Origin: a virus | UHGV virus genome: UHGV-0083306 | DNA: 26,813 bases | Direction: 5' to 3' (one strand) | In this document: positions 9,261 through 15,491 of the stretch, one piece after another | How positions within the stretch are numbered: position 1 is the stretch's first letter | Layout: each line of letters opens with the position of its first letter | The notes under the pieces: generated by a model | What the model was told of the DNA's origin: nothing | The model's database searches: none | The model's input: only the letters and a program-made list of their open reading frames with translations | Position numbers and translations under genes: made by a program

Positions 9261-9301
9261 ATTCTTGGGTCAAATTTACCCAATTTTATTCAATAAGTCA
9301 A
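9261..9301 (-). promoter_or_regulatory. Late promoter pR' with Q-binding element and -10-like pause element (qut)
   Basis: Minus strand: TTGACT (9301..9296), 17 nt (TATTGAATAAAATTGGG), TAAATT (9278..9273), TGACCC, then AAGAAT at +1..+6 (lambda: AACGAT). It is identical to recalled lambda pR' through the -10. Confidence 0.8.
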
Positions 9302-9343
9302 TATCATGCCGTTAATATGTTGCCATCCGTGGCAATCATGCTG

Positions 9344-9967
9344 CTAACGTGTGACCGCATTCAAAATGTTGTCTGCGATTGACTCTTCTTTGTGGCATTG
9401 CACCACCAGAGCGTCATACAGCGGCTTAACAGTGCGTGACCAGGTGGGTTGGGTAAGGTTTGGGATTAGCATCGTCACAGCGCGATATGCTGCGCTTGCT
9501 GGCATCCTTGAATAGCCGACGCCTTTGCATCTTCCGCACTCTTTCTCGACAACTCTCCCCCACAGCTCTGTTTTGGCAATATCAACCGCACGGCCTGTAC
9601 CGTGGCAATCTCTGCATCTTGCCCCCGGCGTCGCGGCACTACGGCAATAATCCGCATAAGCGAATGTTGCGAGCACTTGCAGTACCTTTGCCTTAGTATT
9701 TCCTTCAAGCTTTGCCACACCACGGTATTTCCCCGATACCTTGTGTGCAAATTGCATCAGATAGTTGATAGCCTTTTGTTTGTCGTTCTGGCTGAGTTCG
9801 TGCTTACCGCAGAATGCAGCCATACCGAATCCGGCTTGTGATTGCGCCATCCCCATAGCAGCCATCACATCAGTACCGGAAAGAGAGTCAGAAGCCGTGG
9901 CCCGTGGTGAGTCGCTCATCATCGGGCTTTTTGGCGAATGAAATTTAGCTACGCTTTCGAGTCTCAT
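9344..9967 (-). CDS. Q: Late antiterminator Q (lambda type)
   Basis: 207 aa matching recalled lambda Q (MRLESVAKFHSPKSPMMSDSPRATASDSLSGTDVMAAMG...), with a zinc finger CRDCHGTG..CGRCKGVG. Confidence 0.95.
   Translation of the reverse strand: MRLESVAKFHSPKSPMMSDSPRATASDSLSGTDVMAAMGMAQSQAGFGMAAFCGKHELSQNDKQKAINYLMQFAHKVSGKYRGVAKLEGNTKAKVLQVLATFAYADYCRSAATPGARCRDCHGTGRAVDIAKTELWGRVVEKECGRCKGVGYSRMPASAAYRAVTMLIPNLTQPTWSRTVKPLYDALVVQCHKEESIADNILNAVTR
9667..9699 (+). promoter_or_regulatory. paQ-like CII-dependent antisense promoter inside Q
   Basis: TTGCGAGCACTTGC (TTGC-N6-TTGC), then 13 nt, then TAGTAT. The geometry is the same as pRE and pI in this window. Confidence 0.6.
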
Positions 9968-10152
9968 GGCCTTCCCCTTTTTCCCTGTTTGACCATCAGG
10001 ACGCCGTTAACTATTACGTGACGCTCGCCTTTACTGTCTCGGTTGTACTTGAGCACTGTTCCTCTTGCGCAGGAAAGCATCCTTGCCACTTCGGTCTGAT
10101 TGCCTCGTGTCTGGATAAGAAGCTCTGGTATCGTTTGAATTGTGGCGTTCAT
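9964..10152 (-). CDS. ninH: NinH-like small DNA-binding protein
   Basis: 62 aa. TIPELLIQTRGNQTEVARMLSCARGTVLKY..HVIVNGVLMV parallels recalled lambda NinH. ATGA overlap with Q. Confidence 0.8.
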   Translation of the reverse strand: MNATIQTIPELLIQTRGNQTEVARMLSCARGTVLKYNRDSKGERHVIVNGVLMVKQGKRGRP

Positions 10153-10511
10153 ACGTTCTCCAGTTCGGTGATTTTTATTCCAAGCCGTCCGCCTGGTACT
10201 TTCACACCACGAATTACGCGAATGTCATCGAATTGCTCGTCGTCTTCCGCAAATCCGGCGTGGATAAGGGAGTCGAGTAAACCTTTCAGGATGTTATCGA
10301 GGTCGCGGCGGCGGGAGTCTGGAACGTCTGCGATGACTTTGATGCGGAGTCTTGATTTGGTGAAAATGTCTAACTTGAGTTGGCGGATGATTTGCTGAAC
10401 GTCTTTTCGGTATTTCTGGCCTTTATCGCTGATGTAGTATTGGCTTCCCCGTCTTCGCCAGTAGGTGTTCACCGACGGCGGGTAAGGAAGCACAAACTGA
10501 TATTCGTTCAT
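10149..10511 (-). CDS. rusA: RusA Holliday-junction resolvase
   Basis: 120 aa, colinear with E. coli RusA (PPSVNTYWR, DSRRRDLDNILKGLLDSLIHAGF, GGRLGIKITE). Confidence 0.9.
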   Translation of the reverse strand: MNEYQFVLPYPPSVNTYWRRRGSQYYISDKGQKYRKDVQQIIRQLKLDIFTKSRLRIKVIADVPDSRRRDLDNILKGLLDSLIHAGFAEDDEQFDDIRVIRGVKVPGGRLGIKITELENV

Positions 10512-10798
10512 GGCTTAATCTTCCCCTCCTTCAGCAGGATCGCCTGCGTCCTGATCACGCCTTCGAGGTGATAAAGTCTGGCGTCTTTGTTGTCGAGATT
10601 ATGGGTGCGTCGGTCGATCTCCGCGTGGCAGTCACTACAAGCCCATGCACCGATCAGGTCGTCAGGCTTCATTCCCGTTCCGCAAATTCCAGCCATCCGG
10701 TAATGCGCCAGAACTGTAGTTTCAGGATTGCCATTGCATACGCCGTAAATACGTACCTGGCATTCTCTGCCACGTGCTTCTTTGCGTAGATTAGCCAT
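10508..10798 (-). CDS. YbcO-like (DUF1364) Cys/His-rich putative nuclease
   Basis: 96 aa, near-colinear with recalled DLP12 YbcO (MANLRKEARGRECQVRIYGVCNGNPETTVLAH..CSDCHAEIDRRTH). Confidence 0.8.
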   Translation of the reverse strand: MANLRKEARGRECQVRIYGVCNGNPETTVLAHYRMAGICGTGMKPDDLIGAWACSDCHAEIDRRTHNLDNKDARLYHLEGVIRTQAILLKEGKIKP

Positions 10799-11003
10799 TT
10801 ACCTTCCCTCGCAATTGAAGAATTGACTGAAGGTCTTTTTTAATAAATATGCGAGTGCGAATTGAGCAGTAGTTTTCCTTCATTCTGGCGTAGTAATAGT
10901 CCTTTCTTTGCTTAAGTTTGTTGGCATCCGCTGTCATCCAGTCTTTTACAGCAAACTTAATTAACCAGCGGTAACAGAGATACCATTTCAGGTAATCACT
11001 CAT
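10791..11003 (-). CDS. Hypothetical basic protein (70 aa)
   Basis: AT-rich ORF that overlaps both neighbours by a few nt, which suggests translational coupling. No recognisable domain. Confidence 0.5.
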   Translation of the reverse strand: MSDYLKWYLCYRWLIKFAVKDWMTADANKLKQRKDYYYARMKENYCSIRTRIFIKKDLQSILQLRGKVNG

Positions 11004-11166
11004 CGTCTTCTTCCTCGTACATTGAGCTATTCGGATCGCTCATCAGTTCTGCGCAGCAGTGCTCACACACGTGAACTTCCAGCACATGCAGCTTCTGACC
11101 GCAGTTAGCGCACGTTAAAGCTCGCTCGACGCTTTCTTGTTCGTAACTTCGATTTGGGTCAATCAC
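10996..11166 (-). CDS. ninF: NinF
   Basis: Below the track length cutoff (56 aa). GTG 11166 lies in a GTGA overlap with the ninE stop. The product [56 protein letters not shown] matches recalled lambda NinF. Confidence 0.8.
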   Translation of the reverse strand: MIDPNRSYEQESVERALTCANCGQKLHVLEVHVCEHCCAELMSDPNSSMYEEEDDE

Positions 11167-11345
11167 CTTGTTTTCCTCGCACGTTCTCTAAGCCACCGGA
11201 TATCCCACAGGTGAGCCGTGTAGTTGAAGGTTTTTACGTCAGATTCTTTTGGGATTGGCTTGCGTTTATTTCTGGAGCGTTTCGTTGGAAGGTATTTGCA
11301 GTTTTCACAGATGATGTCGGTGAAACTTCGTCGCTGTCTCGCCAT
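11163..11345 (-). CDS. ninE: NinE
   Basis: 60 aa, [60 protein letters not shown], lambda/DLP12 NinE type. Confidence 0.85.
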
Positions 11346-11485
11346 ACGTCCTCCTTTTCCTGCGGTAGTGGTAAAACTCCTGTTGGTGTTCTTTCACACC
11401 GGAGACACCATCGATTCCAGTAAGGTTAATTTGGTCTGAAGCGGTTATCTTCTTTGCATTCACCGCACCGATCACATCGCATCAT
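11312..11485 (-). pseudogene. ninD: ninD disrupted by a nonsense codon
   Basis: ATG 11485 opens [19 protein letters not shown], then TAA at 11428..11426, where I recall CAA in lambda. The downstream NinD codons ([37 protein letters not shown]) remain in frame. The lambda stop position reads TCA here. Confidence 0.6.
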
Positions 11486-11903
11486 GCAGCCCGATCTCCC
11501 CATCTCGCTTTCCACTCCAGAGCCAGTCGCGCTTCGTCTGACCACTTAACGCCACGCTCTGTACCGAATGCCTGTATAAGCTCTAATAACTCCGCAAATT
11601 CGCTTACACGCATCCTGCTGGTTGACTGGCCTATTACCACAAGCCATTCCCGGCAAGGTTAGGAACAACGTCCTGCTGCTTTAATGCTGCGGTAAACACA
11701 CACTTCCAGCTTTCTGCATCCAGCCAGCGACCATGCCATTCAACCTGACGAGAGACGTCACCAAGGCAAGCCCAAAGCTTTCGATTCTGGTCTAAGCTGC
11801 GGTTGCGCTGCTTAAACTCGACAATGATGTCTAAATCGCATGTCCTAAGATACTGAATGGCGTTATATCTTATAGATTCATTAGTAAGGTGTATTTGACA
11901 CAT
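11482..11903 (-). pseudogene. ninB: ninB (orf) 3' portion, separated from its 5' end and carrying a -1 frameshift
   Basis: 11634..11903 encodes ..DIIVEFKQRNRSLDQNRKLWACLGDVSRQVEWHGRWLDAESWKCVFTAALKQQDVVPNLAGNG, then stops. The last 52 NinB codons ([25 protein letters not shown]) continue in another frame, 11640..11482. GGCTTGTGG here compares with recalled lambda GGCTTTGTGG. Confidence 0.75.
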
Positions 11904-12400
11904 TTCATTTTAATACCTCGCAAATTCGCCGAAACATTCATCCGCTTTATTTGCATATACTTTATGAGCTTCCTTTGGGTCATCGTAAAACCCAAGATTA
12001 ACTTTCCTCTTGTTGATTACGATTTGCGCCCTCCATTTTCTTGATTTCTTATCCCATGAAACGCCTTTATATCCTGATTTGTTATTTGCCTTTTTGTTTA
12101 CGTTTTGGATGTTTTGAGATCGAGTTGCCAATCTAAGATTTGCTATACGATTGTCATCCCTAACGAGATTTATGTGGTCGATATCACTTTTTGGTAGACT
12201 GCCATTCATATAGAGCCACGCCAGCCTGTGTGCCTTATAAAGTTTTCCATCGACTTTTATTACCCAGTAGCCTTCGCTACTCTTATGCCCTGCGATATCC
12301 CCAGCATTCATTCTCTGGCATTTCTTTACTTTCCATGTGAATTTCCCTGTTAACTCATCGTAGAGAAGGACTTCTTTAAGTCTCTGCTGAGTTATTTGAT
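11825..12400 (-). mobile_element. 576-bp AT-rich HNH endonuclease insertion in ninB
   Basis: ATCA occurs at both edges (12404..12401 and 11828..11825). Removing 11825..12400 (192 codons) restores a continuous NinB frame (PTKPI-IVEFKQRNRS). Confidence 0.55.
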
Positions 12401-12497
12401 TGATTGGTTTGGTTGGGTCTGGAAGAATTTGCTGTATCGCGTGAATAACGTTTTGCTGATGAATGGGGCTTCTTAGTTCAAACGTTAGTTTCCTCAT
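11910..12497 (-). CDS. NinB(1-32)::HNH-AP2 homing endonuclease fusion ORF
   Basis: 195 aa. It starts MRKLTFELRSPIHQQNVIHAIQQILPDPTKPI (the NinB N-terminus), then HRLAWLYMNG..DIDHINLVRDDNRIANLRLATRSQN and GYKGVSW..KWRAQIVINKRKVNLGFYDDPKEA. It is a paralog of 8581..9072, roughly 35-40% identical by eye. Confidence 0.8.
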   Translation of the reverse strand: MRKLTFELRSPIHQQNVIHAIQQILPDPTKPINQITQQRLKEVLLYDELTGKFTWKVKKCQRMNAGDIAGHKSSEGYWVIKVDGKLYKAHRLAWLYMNGSLPKSDIDHINLVRDDNRIANLRLATRSQNIQNVNKKANNKSGYKGVSWDKKSRKWRAQIVINKRKVNLGFYDDPKEAHKVYANKADECFGEFARY

Positions 12498-12732
12498 TGC
12501 TCACCTTCTGCACGCATGGATTAATTAACGCCAAAATAGCTTCTGGTTTCTCAATAACATCGAACCGCTCACCACTTGCCATTCTTACAATCGTAATCCC
12601 GGCCTCAAATAGGGTTTCGATGTTGTCAGAGTTAACGTACAAGGGCTCATATGCACTTCTGGTGCTTTCTATCACGCCTGTGCTTGGTGGCTGATAGATG
12701 CTGCATTGCATGGTTAATTTTATAAATGGCAT
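12478..12732 (-). CDS. Hypothetical protein (84 aa)
   Basis: ORF packed between neighbours, overlapping the ninB start by 20 nt. No recognisable domain. Confidence 0.5.
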   Translation of the reverse strand: MPFIKLTMQCSIYQPPSTGVIESTRSAYEPLYVNSDNIETLFEAGITIVRMASGERFDVIEKPEAILALINPCVQKVSNEETNV

Positions 12733-12736
12733 ATAC

Positions 12737-13012
12737 TCACTCCTTCACTTTGACTCCAGCAGCGCGGATGTTTTCCTCATAAGCATCCATTGCATCACCG
12801 AAGCCATTGGAATAATCAACAGTAAACCCTTTGGCTAATGCTTCTCTGCTGTCGATAAACTTTGGCGCGGTTATTTCAATAGCTGCGCGAGATGCCTGCC
12901 ATGCCCTCCATGCCATTTCCGTTGATGAATAAACATACCCGCAATCACCATATGCAAGGCTTAAATTTTGCTTTTTCGCGAACTCCAAAAACTGCTTTCT
13001 TGATTCGTCCAT
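12737..13012 (-). CDS. Hypothetical protein (91 aa)
   Basis: The track ORF is trimmed to ATG 13012 (GGGGA 5 nt upstream, 1 nt after the upstream stop). It begins MDESRKQFLEFAKKQNL. Confidence 0.55.
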   Translation of the reverse strand: MDESRKQFLEFAKKQNLSLAYGDCGYVYSSTEMAWRAWQASRAAIEITAPKFIDSREALAKGFTVDYSNGFGDAMDAYEENIRAAGVKVKE

Positions 13013-13013
13013 A

Positions 13014-13235
13014 TCAATCCCCGTTAGTCGTTTCACTCACGAATCTGACAAAACCAGCCATGTTAATTTGCATGAGTTTTTTCAATACTTTGTCTCGTCG
13101 GCTACGTTTTGGTTTTGGCCTGTGGTTGAATCTTTCACAAACTGGAAGGCTTGATGATTTCCAGTACCTATTACGCCTTGCTCCATCTTCCGCCATATCG
13201 GCATGAATAAGGTCTGCGAGTGTGCTCATATTCAC
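13014..13235 (-). CDS. Hypothetical basic protein (73 aa)
   Basis: ORF in the operon, with a basic stretch HRPKPKRSRRDKVLKKL. No recognisable domain. Confidence 0.5.
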   Translation of the reverse strand: MNMSTLADLIHADMAEDGARRNRYWKSSSLPVCERFNHRPKPKRSRRDKVLKKLMQINMAGFVRFVSETTNGD

Positions 13236-13243
13236 CTCTCCAG

Positions 13244-13426
13244 TTACATTGGTTTTGTAATGTTGCTAGTCATCTTACGAATAAAAAGATGCGTACGTAG
13301 CTTTGCTTCCCACATGTAAATCTCCTCAAGGCGAGATAAATCTACGAATACCGGACCTTTGTAATCTGGTCTTGATGCCCTTATGTATGAGCTAATAGTT
13401 TGTGCATCTTGCTCGTCAAGATTCAT
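13244..13426 (-). CDS. Hypothetical protein (60 aa)
   Basis: The track ORF is trimmed to ATG 13426, preceded by GGGGGAGAGGGAAG. It is the first ORF after the tR2-like terminator. Confidence 0.45.
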   Translation of the reverse strand: MNLDEQDAQTISSYIRASRPDYKGPVFVDLSRLEEIYMWEAKLRTHLFIRKMTSNITKPM

Positions 13427-13442
13427 GACTTCCCTCTCCCCC

Positions 13443-13474
13443 AAATAAAAAGGCCTGCGATTACCAGCAGGCCT
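13443..13474 (-). terminator. tR2-like intrinsic terminator after the replication genes
   Basis: Minus strand: AGGCCTGC-8 nt-GCAGGCCT, then TTTTATTTG. It lies 30 nt after the primase-helicase stop, analogous to lambda tR2 before the nin region. Confidence 0.7.
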
Positions 13475-13503
13475 GTTATTAGCTCAGTGATGTAGATGGT
13501 CAT

Positions 13504-15384
13504 TTAATACTCCGTCACGTTTTCCTGTCGCCACGCCTCGTCATATTCCGATTTCGGCATATTGGCGATGTAGCTATATGGCGATCCTGATTCAAGTTGC
13601 AGGAACTGGTGCGATTGCTCGTCAAGGAACAACGGGACACCACCTTCCCAACCTTCGCCGTTACGTTGCTTTTCAAGCATCAAAACAGATGCCGGAGATG
13701 CCAGTAGCTGTTCGTCCTTCTCTGACATCCTTTCACCACTCTGAACTCTCTGTAACGCTCTCTCGCGAGCCTTGTTACGCCAGATGATAAAAAGGTTGTC
13801 TGTCAGGTCTGTTATCGCTCCAGAGCCTTTTACGTCCATTTTACCGGTTGGTTTTTCTTCGCTGTCTCCTTTTCTGGAGTGAGTAACGAGAATGACGTGG
13901 GAGTTTGTTTTGTTTTTGAAGTCACAAATCGAGTCAACAAATGCTTTCTGCCCGTTATAGTCATCGTCACCTATGCCGCATTTCATCAGGCTGTCGATGA
14001 TGAATAACTGGATGCCGTATCGGCGGCGAGCGTAGTCGAATATTTCGATCAGCCTGTCGGCTTTCGCCGTTCCGGTCAGGCCAAACACCCAGAGTCTTTC
14101 GTCATAAAATTTAAATGCAGAGTCAATTTCCAGCACTGGCGGCATCTTGCAGCACGTTGCCTGACGGGTAAGTCGCTTAAGGAGAATACCAGGCTTCAGC
14201 TCAAGTGACGCGATGCACGTCTTCACACCCTGACGCATTGCCTCAAGTGCCATATGCCCGACAACCTCCGTTTTTCCGTGACCGTTCACACCATTGACCA
14301 GCGTCAACTCTGCCTCACGGAACTGGAATTTATCTGCCAGAGATTCCCACGGTGGATTAAACAGATACTGCTGCTTGCCGTAGAAAGCGTTGATAGTGTC
14401 CTGGTAAAACTCTCGCGCGCTGTAGAGTTCTTCAGGGTCGAAGTAGGATGCCGTGCCGATGTACTGCCAGATTTCATCCTCGGTAACACCGTTCATCAGG
14501 CATTCGTTGATGTCTTTGTACGGCAGAGTAACAAGACGGCAACGATGTTCACCGAGTCGGCTTGCGATTTCCCTTGCGGCTTCACGACCAACATCATCAA
14601 CGTCCATCGAGATGAATATTTCCTCAAACCTGTCGAGGTTGTGATACTCAAACTCAATCCACTGTTGCTTAGCGCCTTTTCCTCCACCAAACGGCACGGA
14701 TAACGCCGAGATGCCGTATTGCGCATAGCTCATACAATCAATTTCGCCTTCGCAAAGCACAACCGCCCTCACGCCAGCGTCCAGAGCCTGCCATCCGAAC
14801 AGACAAGGTTCACAATCACCTTCTGCCATAATGACTTTCTTCCCGTCCGGGCGCTCAGTGCTGATTCGCTTGACCTGCAACAACTCACCATCGCGTTTGT
14901 ACGGAAGCACCAGTGCATCAAGTTCTCGTTCTCCATTCCACACCTTGCCGCTGACAACCTCGTAGCGCTTTACGACTTCTGGCGATATGCCACGCGATTG
15001 CAGGTACTCAAGATGGGATTCTGTTCTGGTAACGTAGCGGGCTATTTTCTTGCGATCAGGTCTGGAGAATTTCTTCTCACGTTTGGCATCGAAATGGTGA
15101 TCGTCATCCTTGATACCGAGAAATGCTTTCGCTTCCTGCATAGCCTGATGCAGGTTAATTCCACGACATTCCATCCACAAATCAAGCATGTCACCGCCGT
15201 CTCCCTCAGCGAAATCAGCCCATTTTTTCTTGCCGCTAAGATTGACCTTAAGGCTGTTTCCCTTGTCACCGTTGACGTTACCGGCAACCCACTCATGCCC
15301 CTCTTTCTTGCCGTTTGGCAACAGGTGCGGAGCCACCCTGTCAACCTGCGCCCAAAGCAGGTCGCTGAGTTCACTTGGCCTCAT
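13504..15384 (-). CDS. Bifunctional primase-helicase (Toprim + DnaB/RecA-type helicase, T7 gp4/Twinkle-like)
   Basis: 626 aa. Toprim motifs VVLCEGEIDCMS and ISMDVDDVGREAA; Walker A NGVNGHGKTE; Walker B LFIIDSLMK; VILVTHSRK. The N-terminal ~90 aa lack a Cys4 zinc ribbon. Confidence 0.85.
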   Translation of the reverse strand: MRPSELSDLLWAQVDRVAPHLLPNGKKEGHEWVAGNVNGDKGNSLKVNLSGKKKWADFAEGDGGDMLDLWMECRGINLHQAMQEAKAFLGIKDDDHHFDAKREKKFSRPDRKKIARYVTRTESHLEYLQSRGISPEVVKRYEVVSGKVWNGERELDALVLPYKRDGELLQVKRISTERPDGKKVIMAEGDCEPCLFGWQALDAGVRAVVLCEGEIDCMSYAQYGISALSVPFGGGKGAKQQWIEFEYHNLDRFEEIFISMDVDDVGREAAREIASRLGEHRCRLVTLPYKDINECLMNGVTEDEIWQYIGTASYFDPEELYSAREFYQDTINAFYGKQQYLFNPPWESLADKFQFREAELTLVNGVNGHGKTEVVGHMALEAMRQGVKTCIASLELKPGILLKRLTRQATCCKMPPVLEIDSAFKFYDERLWVFGLTGTAKADRLIEIFDYARRRYGIQLFIIDSLMKCGIGDDDYNGQKAFVDSICDFKNKTNSHVILVTHSRKGDSEEKPTGKMDVKGSGAITDLTDNLFIIWRNKARERALQRVQSGERMSEKDEQLLASPASVLMLEKQRNGEGWEGGVPLFLDEQSHQFLQLESGSPYSYIANMPKSEYDEAWRQENVTEY

Positions 15385-15488
15385 GATTCCCTCAGATTGA
15401 GATTTTTAAACCAGAAATCGACAAACGAAATACTTAACCAGCCGTGGTTATAACCAGCGACCAGTAGCGATTTGATTTTTGATTTCAT
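15381..15488 (-). CDS. 35-aa ORF coupling the initiator and primase-helicase genes
   Basis: MKSKIKSLLVAGYNHGWLSISFVDFWFKNLNLRES. The ATG lies 3 nt after the O-like stop, and the stop overlaps the primase-helicase ATG (ATGA). Below the track cutoff. Confidence 0.4.
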   Translation of the reverse strand: MKSKIKSLLVAGYNHGWLSISFVDFWFKNLNLRES

Positions 15489-15491
15489 GGT

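Noticed and set aside
11825-12400. ninB insert as a self-splicing group I intron
   Set aside because: I cannot identify a conserved intron core (P3-P9 pairings) by eye. Only ~80 nt lie outside the ORF. The idea is kept as an alternative to test in the ninB finding, not as a feature call.
14719-15453. 244-aa + strand ORF
   Set aside because: Antisense shadow of the primase-helicase gene, with no SD or recognisable motifs.
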